27,906 nt of DNA from Reclinomonas americana ATCC 50394 (GCA_048213135.1 PS015023.1:174314-202219); one strand, 5' to 3'. Counted from the first letter of the stretch, positions 14,450 to 27,424 are shown. Program-made: numbers and translations. Notes: generated by a model from the letters alone, not told the origin.

Positions 14450-15844
14450 ATGAAGTGCTCCCGAGCCTCGGCGAGAACCACACTCGGAGTGCTGATTGTC
14501 GTCGGCATTGCAGTGTCGTGGGTGGCCGCCACACAATTCAGTCAATCCACACAACATGCGGCGGCAACGTACGACTCCGCACCTCCCTTCTTCATCGTCT
14601 ACTTTTCGGTGACTACTACCTGCTGCAACCATGTCTTTTTGTCTCACTTTTGTTGTCTCACACCCACTCGTCGCACCAGACGTGCTGGTCAGTGCTGCTG
14701 TACCCTCTATATTGGCTGCTGGTGGCGCTGCCGAGCCGCGTGCAGCGATCACGTGCGGAGAAGCGCTACTCGCGACTGACAACTCTCTCCTCGAGCTCGT
14801 CCTCTGTGAACACCACGACTGTGATTGCTGCGAATGGTGACAGCGACGAGGAGACGGAGCAACCGGTTGTGCTGGTCGAGTCCATTGGTTCCAACGTGCG
14901 GCTGGTGGCCGTCGCCAGTGGCTTCCTGCTGATGTGGCTTACCGCCAACTACCTGTACACGCATGCGTTGGGGACCACGCCGGCGGCGGATGTCACTGCT
15001 GTGTTCTCGGCCACACCATCGATTGTGTATGTGCTGTCGTTGTTCTTGCTGCCGGCGATCACGCGTGTTCGAGTGTTGAAGGTGGGCGCGGTGCTGCTGG
15101 CGATTGTGGGCATTGTGTTGCTGTGCATTGGCGGCATTCAGGTGTCGACGGACGTGGCGGTGGGACTGGCGTTGACATTTGCTGCGGCGATTGCGGCTGC
15201 CGTGTACAAGGTGCTGTTCAAGCGCACGGTTGGCGACGCGTCGTTGGCGCTCGTGTCGCGCTTCCTCACCGCGCTCGGTGTGGTGAATCTGCTCACCGGC
15301 TGGGTGGTCGTGCTGGTGCTGCACTATGCGGGATGGGAGCGCATGCCTGCCCTCGGTCGCCTCCCGTGGCAGTACTTGTGTGCGTCGGCGGTGAGTGGAG
15401 CACATCGCAACTATTATCTTTGTTGTTGTCGTCGCTGTCGACTGAGTGTTGTTGGTGCAGGCCCTGGCACTGCTCTTCAACTTTCTGATTGGCTTCGGCA
15501 TCGCCTTCACCAATCCACTCTTTGTCTCACTCGGCACCATTCTTGGCGTGCCGCTGAACACCGTGGTCGACTCGTTGCTGCGTGGCACGCAGTTGAGTAC
15601 CAGCGCCACGCTTGCATCTCTTCGTAGCTTGTGTTGACGTCTCTCTCTGTCGTGCAGCTTCGGGTGGCTGGAGTTGTCGGGCAGTGGCGCCGTGATTGTC
15701 GCCTTTTTCATGCTGGTATTCGATCCGGAACGTCCGCCGACTCCACCCGCGGCATTGTCGTCGTCGCAGCCGCATCTCGTCGGTGTCTCCAGCACCGACA
15801 ACAACCACAGCAACGGCACCAAGAGTCGGCTGGAGACCGTGTAG
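14450..15844 (+). CDS. Drug/metabolite transporter (EamA/DMT), SLC35F3/F4-like
   Basis: About 10 hydrophobic segments; SWVAATQF, PFFIVYFS, ANYLYTHAL, DVTAVFS, AAVYKVLFKR, FNFLIGFGIAFTNPLFVSLGTILGVPLN; 3 introns, the last at 15592-15657; TAG 15842-15844. Confidence 0.85.
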
Positions 15845-15916
15845 TGCAATCATGTACATATTGTGTGTGTAAATACTCGCGCTTGTTTGCTTTTCTGTGT
15901 GTGATTCGAGTGGAGA

Positions 15917-16968
15917 ATGTTGCTGGTTCGGGAAAGCCACTCTCCTCCCCTCATTATCATCGCACTGAATCGCTTCACGCCAGCATCCGTGGCTGGCCAA
16001 ACTTGCTTCAGTGCCTTCACTGTCGCCGACCACTCGTGTGTTGACTTTCCTCACCGCCAACGTGGCCGCCGGCGATGTGACGAATGCAGGTCTCACACAG
16101 CACAAGCACTCTCATACACACACTCTTGTCTCTCTTTCGTTGACACAGCACACAGTCCGCGACTGGTCATTTCTTCCGGCCGAGGCTCGTCATCGCGGCT
16201 TCGAAGCCGTCTTGCAGACACATCTCTTTGCCGGCTATCGTTACCTGCATTCTTCCCTCCTTCCAACTGCACAAGCTCGATCTCACACCGCACAGCACGT
16301 GTGCTGAATGCGTTGGCGGGCATTGGACAACTCGATCTCTCGTCACCATCGTCGTCGCAGTCGCCACCCGTGCCCGCCGACGCTCTCCGGCACGATGAGG
16401 CCGACTATGGACTCATTGGAGAGGCTCTCTGTCGCACCATCTACGGCGACGAACTCTATCCGCGTCTCCGACAGCGCATCCAGTCGTTGCATCCGGTTTG
16501 CGACTCCCGCGTCGTCCCTTGTGACCGCACTTGCTCACCGTGCACCCATCGCGCAGGCCATTGATCGCTGGATCATTGATCACGCCTAGTTGCGCATCGC
16601 GGTCCTCGCGTCTGCTTCATCGCAGCTCACCTCACTTATGATCAGCGGTCGGGTCTTGTCACGCAAGGGCATGGACATTAGGGAGCGGGAGCTGTGTGCC
16701 GTGGCGGTGCTGGCCGGCCAGAATGTGGCACCACAGCTGCTGTCGCACATCACGGGCGCGCTGCGGGTCGGCAACTCGCGCGACGACGTGCGTGGCATTC
16801 TCGATCAGACGCATCTGGTGTGGGGCGAACGGGCGCAAGACGAAGCCGTTGCGTATTGCGTAGCTCCCGTCCGTCCATCTCCGTCACTCTGTCGTGGACT
16901 CACTGTGTGACCCCACACTCCAGGACGCCGTGTGGCACACCCTCGGCTCGGCACGATACGGCCTGTGA
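15917..16968 (+). CDS. Carboxymuconolactone decarboxylase (CMD)/AhpD-like protein
   Basis: Spliced EAVLQTHLFAGYPRVLNA, GEALCRTIYG, WIIDHAYGRVLSR..RERELCAVAVLA..QLLSHITGALRVG; about 6 introns; no CxxC motif. Confidence 0.8.
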
Positions 16969-17009
16969 TCAACTAATGTACACTTTCCTTTCTGTCGCAA
17001 ATCTCCTCC

Positions 17010-20000
17010 TCATGCCAGCTCCAACAACAGGTCACCGGCGTGCACTCGGTCGCCCGGGGCGCAGCACACGCGTCGCACAGTGCCCGAGTGTGGTGCGGCG
17101 ACAACCACCTCCATCTTCATGGCCAGGATCACCGCCAGCGTGTCGCCCTGTGCCACACGAGCGCCCTCACGCACGCGAATGGACAACACAGCACCCGGCA
17201 CTGGCACCGGTACTGACCGCTCGTTCGCGGGATCGGCCTTCTCGCGCGGACTGCGCTGCTCGAGTTGCTGGCGATCCTTGACGTGCACGGTGCGCGACTG
17301 TCCATTCACCTCAAAGTGCAACTCGCGTTGCCCCTGGTGATCGAGGCCGCCAACCGAGCACAGCTTGACGTGCACGCGCTGTCCACGTTGCAGCTCCACT
17401 TGCAGCTCCTCGCCGATGCGCGGACCGGTGAAGAAAATGCGCGTCGGTATCCGGCTCACGTCGCCGAAATCGTGACGGAACTTGACAAAATCGTTAAACA
17501 CCTTGGGATAGAGTGCCGCAGTGAGGCAGTCGACCTCCTCCACATCCTCGCTCTCCGACGACGGGAGCGTGGAGGCCAGCATCTTCTTCAGCGCGGTAAA
17601 GTCGATGGGCGGCAGCGACGCACCCGGTCGTTCCTGCACCACCGGCAGGCCACGCGTGATGATGCTACGCAACGGCTCCGGGAAACCACCCGGCGGCTGT
17701 CCAATGTAGCCCTGGAAGTACTCAATCACCGAACTCGGGAAGATCAAGTGCTTGGCCTGCTCCACCACGTCCTCCTCTCGCAGATTGTGTTGCACCATGA
17801 AGTGTGCCAGATCGCCCACCACCTGCTCGCAACAACAATATAAATGCGTGATCACAAACATGCACATGGTGGCATTGACAGCACCTTGGAGGAGGGCGTG
17901 ACTTTGGGGATGTCACCTGCAAAAAAATGGCAAACGGTCAGGCGCGCTTGTGTCGTCTGACAAACACGGACGACGGTGACGTACCCAATATGCGATTGGC
18001 GGCCGCATAGGCCTGCTTGATCTCGGGCCACTTGGAGGCGAGACCGAGTGAGTACGCTTGGAAGTGCAGATTGCTGTACTGGCCACCGGGAATCTCGTGA
18101 TTGTACCTGCGCACACAGCGGTGCGGTGAGTGTCTCTTGCCATCACTGGCGTTGTAGCGCAACAAGTGCACGCACACATCAGCCGAGCCGCTCTTCATCG
18201 TGAGTGAGGTGGCCTCGAACGGTGCGTACAGAGCACGCGCGCCTTCCCAGTACGTTGAAATCTCCGTGGCCTCGCTCAGCGAGATCTCCGGGGCAAAGTG
18301 CGAGCCATCGAGGCCAGCAAGCTGTTTCACAGAAGCACAATAAGCAGGAGCCATACAGCACATGCTGCATGCATGTGTGCGCACCAGTGCTCCCATGCTC
18401 GGTTGCGACGTGAGACCACTCATGGAGTCGACGGCCACGTCCACCACATCGGCACCGGAGCGCGCCGCTGCCAACATTGAGGCCACTCCCAGTCCGCCCG
18501 TATCGTGCGTGTGCACATGAATTGGTACGTTCGGGTGCTGTTGCCGCAGTGCTGTGAAAAACGGAAGGCACGGTCAACCACTGTGAATACACCACATCAT
18601 ATTTCGCGACTCACCAGAAACAAGCATGCGAGCTGAGCGCGGTTTCAGCAGTCCAGCCATGTCCTTGATGCACAGCACGTGCGCACCAGAACTCATCAGC
18701 TGCTTGGCCAGATTGAGGTAGTAATCCAGCGTGTACAGGCGATGACCCGGGTGCACAACATCAGCCGTGTAGCAAATGGCCGCCTCGACCACCGCGTCCG
18801 TCTGCATTGGATCGACATGAGTTGGAGGGGACGACACACATGGTTGGTGGTGATATGCACCTTGAGCGCCGCGTCAATGCCCAGCAGCAAGTTGGGCAAG
18901 TAATTCAGCGAATCAAACACACGGAAAATGTCAATGCCGCGCTGGTGAGCGACCTCGCAAAACTCGTACACCACATTGTCGGGATACGACGTGTAGCCGA
19001 CGGCGTTGGCGCCACGCAAGAGCATCTGGAATGGAATGTTGGGTATCTGTGCGCGAGATACTCAGGTTGATTACCAGGTCTCTCATCAAGATACGAATGC
19101 GCGCGCACACCTTCTCGCGCAGCTGCGACAGTCGCTCCCACGGGCACTCGTGCAGGAAACGCATGGACGTGTCAAACGTGCCGCCACCCCACATCTCCAG
19201 ACTGTACGCATTGCTCAATGCGTGCGCCGTGTACGGAGCGATGGCCAGCATGTCAATAGTGCGCACACGTGTGGCGAGCAGCGACTGTTGTGCGTCACGC
19301 AGAGTGGTGTCGCACAGAAGCAGTGCCGAGTGCTTGCGTACGGCACGCGCGAATCCCGCTGGCCCTTCCTACTCGCACAACGACTTGCATGAGCACCAGC
19401 GCACGACTTTTCATCTCCCTACTCCGCACAGCGACGCAACTCGTTGCAGCACATCACGCCACCCGGCCGGCGGCTTCTCCTTCACTGGATCGGCGATGAA
19501 CGACGGCAACAGTGGTTCCTCCTCGCGCGGTTTGGCGAGGGCGTTGCCGAGCGGTGTGAGCGATCCATTGACGGCCACTTCGCCCAAAAAGTGCACGAGC
19601 TTGAGAGTGGACTCACGTTGCGCGAGTGCCTTGAAGAGTTCCTCGGTCGAATCCACCCACGCGGTGGAGATCTGGCCACTCAAAAACTGCCACGAGTGTC
19701 ACGAGATTTTGAGTGCAAGTTGTCGACCATCGTACTGGCATCTGCAACACTGACCGCGGGATGTTGGACGACGCGCTCCAGGAAGCACACGTTGTTGCGC
19801 AGGCCCACAATGATGAACTGCGGGGAGGAGTAAAGGGTGAGGCTCTCTCTCTCTCTCTCTCATCCTGCAGCAGTACAACACGCACCTCACGGAGTGCAAT
19901 GAGCAGCTTGCGGGAGGTCATGTGCAAGTCGGTCGAGTGCGCGGTGACGTTGCAGAGAACGGGTGCGTAGTACGGCGTGATGCGATTGCCGGCGTAGCCC

Positions 20001-21805
20001 TCAGCACGCTCGACACGCACGCCCTTGCCCTCTACGCACATCCTCATCAGTGAGACAAAAGGGGAACGAGAGAGAGAGAGAGAGAGAGAGAGAGGAGTCC
20101 ACACCTCCCACACGGAATGCCTCCAGACGGCCCGTGTCGACTGCAAAGCCGGACTCGGGATCCTCGGTGGTCACGGAGCACTGCACAGCGCAGCCAATGG
20201 TGCGCAGCTTGTCCTGCGTCAGGTCGAGCTCGGAGAGCGTGCGACCAGAGGCCAACTGGATCTGCGCTTGCACAATGTCCACCGAGGTGATTTCTTCGGT
20301 GACCTGGCTCAACCAGGCTCAGGTTAAGGAAAAACACAACCCCTGTGGATGGAGAAATACGTACCGAGTGGTCCGCCTGCAGACACGGAACGAGATCGGA
20401 GAACCAGTACTCACCCGTGGTCGACACGAGGTAGACGGCGCTGGCGGCATTGGTCAGATTGATCGACCGCGCGAAGCGAATGGCGTCGTCGGCGAGTTGT
20501 GCGTGCAGTTTCGGTGACAGGTTCGGCGCCGGTGCCACATGGAAGAGCTTCTGGTAGTTGCGCTGGACCGAGCTGTCGCGATCGAACAAGTGAACTGCAT
20601 CAATCACCACCACCTCTTCGTGAGGGCCGAGCACTCGGGCGAGCACAATGAGAAAAGAGTGCAGGCGCGAGCATCCCCACCAATCTCTCCAGCGTGGTCG
20701 CCCAGCAGCTGCACCTCAATGTGCCGCACTTGACCGAGGAAGTGCTCGACAAACACAGAGCCGTCGCCGTAGGCCGCTCGCGCCTCGTTGCGTGCACGCG
20801 CAAAGGCCTCGGACAGCTGACGACGATCGGCAGCCACACACATGCCAATGTTGCCGTAGAGAGGCTTGAGGATGACAGGATATCCGACTCTGCGCACGAG
20901 CGAGTGAATCAACAAGCTTGTCTCGCTCGCGACATTGCCGACGCACTTGTCACAATACTCTCGCGCCTGCTCAATGGTGGTGACCGCTCGCGTCGACCCG
21001 TGTACAATCGGAAGGCCGACATTCGCCGCCAGCTGACGAGCACTCATCTTGTCGCTGACCGTCTCGAGAATCTTCACCCAAGATGATGAGAACGCACGCA
21101 GACAGAGGTGAGCGCACACAAAGGAGGCACACCTTGGCACTGGGCCCAATGAAGATCAAGTTATTATCGTCGCACGCACGTGCAAAGTCGGCGCGCTCCG
21201 CCAGAAACCCTACATATGCAAACACATGGGAGATCCGACTTGTTGTGGCACTTGAGCATGACAAAGCGTACCATAGCCCGGGTGCACGGCATTGCAGCCA
21301 GCAGTGATGGCCACATCGATGAGCTCATTGATGTTGAGGTAGGCAGTGGTGGGGTTGAGGCCGCGCCCAATCAGATAGCTCTCCGCGCACTGTCACATGG
21401 AACAGTGTCAAATGAAGGAATGATCATCAGTGGACATCATCTCGTGCGCACCTGTTGTCGATGAAGGCTGCCGCTGTCCTCCTGTGAGTAGACGCCCACA
21501 GTGGGAATGTTCAGCTCCGCAGCTGCTCGGAACACTCGCGTGGCCACTTCACCACTGTCAATGAGAGAGGTGAGAAGAGACACACACAGATTGCTCTCTT
21601 CTTCTTCTTCCTTACTCACCGGTTGGCCACGAGAATCTTGGTCTGTGGTGCACCGTGTGAGCGACCTCTCAAATGTGTCAGACTCTGTGTGCGTGTGTGT
21701 CAGTGTGAACGCAACAACCGGTCTGCGCGGGAGTGGCGGGTGCGGATGATGGTGATGATGATGCGAGAAGAGACGCACATGCGCCAGGCACGATTGGCGC
21801 CACAT
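17010..21805 (-). CDS. PC: Pyruvate carboxylase-like protein (BC-CT-BCCP) with a mitochondrial-type presequence; BC domain apparently catalytically degenerate
   Basis: [103 protein letters not shown] and AMKM; about 19 introns; N-terminal [14 protein letters not shown]. Confidence 0.93.
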
Positions 21806-21903
21806 ACAGGCGAGACCTTCTCTCCTCTTGCTCCTCTTTTTTACTTTTGAAACAAAAGCGCGGGACAGTGACATGATAACAGGGGGTTGATTCGTTGAGC
21901 GCA

Positions 21904-23367
21904 TTAAGGGGCCGGCTGCTCGACCACCAGCACTGGTAGGTCGAGTGGAGGGGCAGCTGGAAGAGGAGGAGGAGGTGGTGGTGGTGGTGAAGCTTCTGCG
22001 GTGGTGGTGGTGGTGGTGGTGGCAAACGTGGCGAACCACTCGCTCAGTGCCGCCTCGGTGACAACTCGATCTACAATGTACGGGTGCTGCAGGAGCTGTC
22101 GAGCCGTCTTGCGATCCTCTGGTTTGGTTTGCAGACTGAGAGGCGGGGGAGTGTCAGACGGTTATTCATGGCGGGGGAAGATGTGCAGTGGTACGCACCA
22201 ACACGTGATAAAGTCACACAGCTCCTCCGAGAAACCGTCGTCGGCGGTGAGCCGGGGCGGTGGCTTGGTGCACACACTCATGATTATTTCGTGTGCGCCG
22301 GTTCGCGGTCCGCTCGGTGGATACGGATGCTTGCCGGTGATGGACTCGAACAGGGTGATGCCCAGCGCCCAAATGTCGGTCGATGTGTCGTGCCCGCTGC
22401 CCATGATTCGCTCCGGCTGCGCCACTGGAGTGTGAGATGCACAGACAAGGGACAGCGATGCGACAGAGGGGACACACGGAACGCACCGACATGTACACCT
22501 CGGTGCCGGTGTACGTCCTGCCGCGATCGTGTGTGCCCTTCAGTTTCCGTGACACATTGAAATCGGCGAGTTTGGCCTCTCCCTTGCCTGCTCGCGAGCG
22601 AGTGAGACACACAGAGAGACAGAGAAGAACGGAAAAAGAGAGAGTGAGTATCGCAACTGTTGAGCAGAATGTTGGCGGGCTTGATGTCGCGGTGAATGTA
22701 CGACACCGGACGCGCCGTGTGCATGCTGGCCAACGCCTCCAACACCTGCGCGTCACGTGAACCGTCATTTAGGAAGAGAAGACACGATCAGAACAACGCG
22801 GAGTCGCACCTGCGCCGTGATGCACGCCATCTTGTCCTCGGGAACACGCGACACCTTCTTCTTTACAGAACTCAACGAGCCCACATCCATGTACTCCAGG
22901 AGCAGGTACACGGCCGACTCCTCGGCCCACGCGCCCTTGAACTCAATCACCCGCGGAAAGCCACTCATCTATGGAGCAGTACGGTGACTGAGTGCACGGA
23001 TTGAGGACACTGCACGACGCCGACGCACCTCTTGCAACACAAGAACCTCGCCGAGTGGCGACGACGATTCATCGGTCTCCAGATACACACGCTGTAACGC
23101 ACACACACCGTCAGTCTCCACGCGCCGCCTCCTCCACGCGATGCAAGGACCACACGTACTTTTACCGCATACTGCTCGCCAGTGACAGCATGCGTCGCCA
23201 GGTACACTGTGGAGAAGTTCCCGACGCCTGCAGAAAAACCCACCCCCCAAATCAGCCAAAGAAGCAAGTCGTCACGAACACAGCTCACCGCACCGATCTC
23301 GCGACCGAGCACAATGTCACGCTTCAGCCGTTGCCCATCGGCGAATAACCGTTCCACGGCCTCGGCC
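21904..23367 (-). CDS. MAP kinase kinase (STE7-like), 5'-incomplete
   Basis: GVGNFSTV, AVK, LEYMDVGSL, HRDIKPANILLN, KLADFN, TYTGTEVYMSPERI, DIWALG and PPPRL..FSEELCDFI; Pro-rich tail; TAA 21904-21906. The first visible exon begins at a splice acceptor and no start codon was found. Confidence 0.88.
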
Positions 23368-23578
23368 TGGAGTGGATCACGCAAAAAACGAGAATGTGTC
23401 AGTCGCAAGCAATGTGTCCGGATTGCGTCCGCCAACCCCCCCAGTGAGAGAGTGGATGGGTGTAAAGGGGCAATGAGAGAGAGAGAGAGAGAGTGGGAAG
23501 GGGGCAGGAAGAGAGAGAGAGGGAAAGAGTGAGACGTGGTGCAAGAGTATGTACGTGATTGTGTTCGGATGTGCTTGT

Positions 23579-23735
<157 letters not shown>

Positions 23736-23791
23736 CATTCTTTCATGCTATGACCTTTCGAGTACCAACTATTGCCTTGTTTGACCGGCAG

Positions 23792-24390
23792 CATTGACAC
23801 GGGCACTACATACACACACCCGGACCAGCCGGCCCTGGAGGTGTTGTCACAGCTCGTCAGCCGCACCTATCTGCACGCAGCTGTGCGTGAGAAGGGTGGC
23901 GCCTATGGCAGCGGGTGCTCCCTGGGTCTGGACGGCGTGTTCTCGTTCTCTTCGTTCCGCGACCCGCAAGCCCTGGCCACTCTGCGAGTGATGGAGGACG
24001 CCGGTCGATGGGTGGCCGAGGAGGCACCACTTACCGATCGCGACCTGCAAGAGGCCAAGTTGGGCGTCTTCAAGCAGCTCGATGCGCCCGTGCCGGTGCA
24101 GCTGCGTGGCCGTGCACTGTTCTCGTTCCAGCTGACGGACGAGATGCGCTTGCGGTGAGCCTCTTTTTTTCTTTGGCTGTCGTGCATGTTGATAGACTTT
24201 CGGTATCCACTCAACATGTCTGTACAGGCGACGAAATCTGCTGTTCGAGGTGACTGCCGATGACGTGCGTCGTGTGGCGCGGTCGTATTTGTTGCCCGGT
24301 GTGATGCCTTCGGCATCCGTCATCTTTGGTACGCGAGCCATGGGCGAACAGCTGCGCGCCGATCCTGCTTGGAAGGTGCACTCGTTTTGA
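23792..24390 (+). CDS. PITRM1: Presequence protease PreP/Cym1 (peptidase M16C), C-terminal fragment only
   Basis: YTHPD..LEVLSQL...YLHAAVREKGGAYG, FSSFRDP, EAKLGVFKQLDAP and LFEVTADDVRRVARSYL; one intron at about 24155-24227; TGA 24388-24390. Most of the ~1000 aa family protein is absent. Confidence 0.85.
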
Positions 24391-24449
24391 TGATCATCGT
24401 AGACGTCGTTGACAGTGTGAGAGTAATGCATATTAGACTGCATTGTGCA

Positions 24450-24469
24450 CTATTTCTCTCCACTTCCGC

Positions 24470-24503
<34 letters not shown>

Positions 24504-27424
24504 GGCCTCGCTCTCATTCCTCTTCTCCACCTCCGGGAAATCCAGCAGGCGCGCTCCGTTCTCCGCCCGCCACTCCTGAATCGCCTGTCGCAGCGCCAAA
24601 TTCGGTGTAACTTGATCCGACGGCATGGTCTCCAGCGTCATGGGGTCCGATCGCGCATGGTCACGCAACCACAGTTCGAGAGCCGCCCGCTCGTACGTGT
24701 GGCCGAGTGACGAGATGACCGGGTCGACCATGATCTGCTGCGTGATTGGACACACCCACAGCCACTGCGGCGGCGGCTGTGGATCGCGCGGCAGCGCGTC
24801 GTTCACACGCTGCACGCTAGCGCGCACAGACAACAACTCCTCTCTCAACGACGGCGAGTCGCTGAGTACCTCGGCGAAGCGCGTGAGCATGCGACGCATT
24901 TGCTTGCGCGTGCGAGCCACTCGTCTTTGCGGCGTGGACATGACTGTTGATACGACCATTGACGAGCGGTCGGCGACAGGAGGCTCTTCCGAACCACTGG
25001 CCACTGGTGGTGCGACGGGTGCGTTGAACGCTTCGCCATTGCCAGCGTGCACACCACTCGCCGCGGCCTCGATTCCCGCTCCCTGGTCCTCCTCCTCCTC
25101 CTCCTCCACTTCGTCCTCCTCTTCCTCCTCATCGTCTTCGTCCAGATCAAATGGTACAGCCACGGAGGAGGGCTCATCCGGCTCCGCAAGTGAAGGTGGA
25201 ACCGGTGAGACGGAGATTGGAGGCTGGTGCTGGCCACCGCCAATGCCGAGCTCCGTCAAGTTCAGCAGCGGCACCGGCACCGGAGAGCCAACGGCGCTCG
25301 GCGAAGCGACTGGTTCGGCCATCTGCAGTGGCGGAGGATTCTCTGCACCGACACCATGCAGCGGTTGCAAGCGTTGCCGGAAGGCTGCAGCCGCGTGGAG
25401 TGAGTAGTCGGTCGAGCGACGCTTCCTCTACGCAGGCAAATGGGGGAAGAAATCACCTTCACGGCCTCCGTGCTCATTTGCCAGCGCCTCAGAATCATGC
25501 CATAGCGGCGGCGACTCTGTGTTGCACGGATAATCTGGTGGTGAGCAAGAAGGAAGGAGCAACAAAAGGGTGCAGCTGCGTACCAGACTGCCTAAGTGGC
25601 TCAGGTGCGGCAGCCGAGGGCTCGACTGCGGAAAACGTCGACGAGCGCGGCGAGCGTGGTGAGCGCGGCTTGAAGATGCCGTCGAACATGTTGGGAGGTC
25701 GCGGCGAGTGACCAGCTGCCACCTCGTTGGCTCGCACCACGGCCTCGGCAGCGGATATGCCGCGCTCGTCGTCCGACAATATCTCACCGCCAGCGCTCTC
25801 CTCGTCACTGAAATATGCCTCCTCGAACGTGAATGGCGCATCAGCTGGTGCGTTTGGGCGCGCGCGCGAATATGGTAAGCGACAAAGGAGGAGAGAAGAC
25901 GTGCACGTAGGAAACGCAACGAAGGGTGACTTCCCAAAAGTCGTTCAAGGCGCTCGCATTGGTGGCATCGGCCAGTGAGCAGCCGCCAAACAAAACTGCT
26001 TTACGAGGCTCGATCATCACCATTGTGTGGCCCCAACGCGCGCACGGCGATGAGTGTGTGTCCTCCAGCGGAGAATAGTCGGTGAGGTCGTACCACACCA
26101 GGGAAGCTGGGTGGCGATTTTGCGGTGAGTAATCCTTGGGGCGGGAGAGGGGAGATGATCTTGCACGCAACCCAAATCCAGCTCGTAGCAGCAGCGTTTT
26201 TGAGAGGACGGATTCGCCCGATCGACGCCGCCCCACATCAGGAAGCGGCGGTCGGATTCGATGATCACCGCGGCCGCACCACCAATCACGGGCGGAGTGA
26301 TGCCGGTGCAAACAAGACGCGACCACACCCACGTTTCTGTGCAGGAGGAGGAATGAGGACTGGAAACAGCAGAATGGGCGACGGTGCGTCACACACGACA
26401 CGCAACTCGTATTCAACACATAAGTGTCACACAAATCCGGTCGACCGCCGACCATCAGCATGCGATTCTTGCTGATCATCCTCGCAATGTGGAATGCACG
26501 AGGACCGGGGACGTCGCCCGAGAATTGCACACGACGGCACGTCATGGTGTCTGCGCACACGGTGAGCGAGCGAGCTCCCACATTTTCAGTCTGACGGAAC
26601 GCAACTCAAGTCAAACACAAATCCATCCTCAAACGCAATGCCGGTTCCGTCAGCGCCACCATAAACAAACACGCGTCCACGACCAATCTGCACCGCAGAG
26701 TGGCCATCGCGCGCACTCGGCATCTCGCCCGAAAAATGTACACCGGACCATATCGGCGGGCGATTGGACACTGTGAGCGTGGTAAAGCGTGAACACATAC
26801 ACACACACCCGGAATGCGAACTGCATGTGCACACTCGCACCTTCGCCCACCACCGAGTCCAAAATAAAAGCCTCGCGCGTCTGCCGCCCCGGCATGCGCA
26901 CACCTCCAAACATGAAAGCCTTGCGTGTGGGATCACCGGCCGACGACACCACGGGAACCATGGCCGCTCCATCACGGCCCGACGGCACAATGCCCGTGCA
27001 CTCGCACCGTCGCACAGTGTTTCGCTCTGGTGAGCGCACAGTGTGTAAGAGAGAGAGAGAGAAGTGCCCTTGGCCACAGACGACTGACACGACTACACAC
27101 ACACCGACGTTGAACACAAAAGTGTCATTCATCCACCGCTGCCGATCCCACCCGCCAAACAACACCATCTCGGTGGCCGACAGGCGGAACGCACAGTGAT
27201 TCCACCGCATTGGCGGCATCGGCACTCCGCGCATGTCCTCGAAAGGGTCATCGGGAGGTGCCTATTAGTATGAAGGAGAAGAATGGAAACCGTCAGCATG
27301 TTTGCAGAATGCAGGATCAGGGAGATGGACACGGGACGAGACCTCGGCATCCCACTTCAGATCGCTGGCCAGTGTGCCCACTTCCTGCGCGATCAGCGAC
27401 ACGGTTTCTCGGTGGTACGGAGAG
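24450..27424 (-). CDS. Kelch-repeat / U-box protein (putative E3 ubiquitin ligase), 5' end not defined
   Basis: Kelch repeats (PMRWNH..VLFGG, PSGRDG..FMFGG, PSARDGH..FVYGG, PGPRAFH..LMVGG, LMWGG, PCARWGH..VLFGG) splice in frame through a Pro/acidic linker into a U-box (PQWLWVCPITQQIMVDPVISSLGHTYERAALELWL..SDPMT..PNLALRQAIQEW). Confidence 0.82.

Noticed and set aside
16589-16645. Alternative reading of the shifted donors as non-GT (TT-starting) introns
   Set aside because: Keeping the G in the exon would create TAG in the conserved HAYGR motif here and break frame at the AG acceptors elsewhere. GT-AG boundaries fit every case.
20377-20414. GTGAGT...CTGCAG inside the degenerate BC motif could be an intron that explains the odd residues
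   Set aside because: It is only 38 nt (shorter than any other intron seen), its removal shifts the frame, and its translation aligns without gaps to the FIEVNxRLQ segment.
15917-21805. CMD-like gene 41 bp from the PC-like gene as a functional decarboxylase cluster
   Set aside because: The genes are convergent and all neighbours are equally close, so adjacency carries no information without synteny data.
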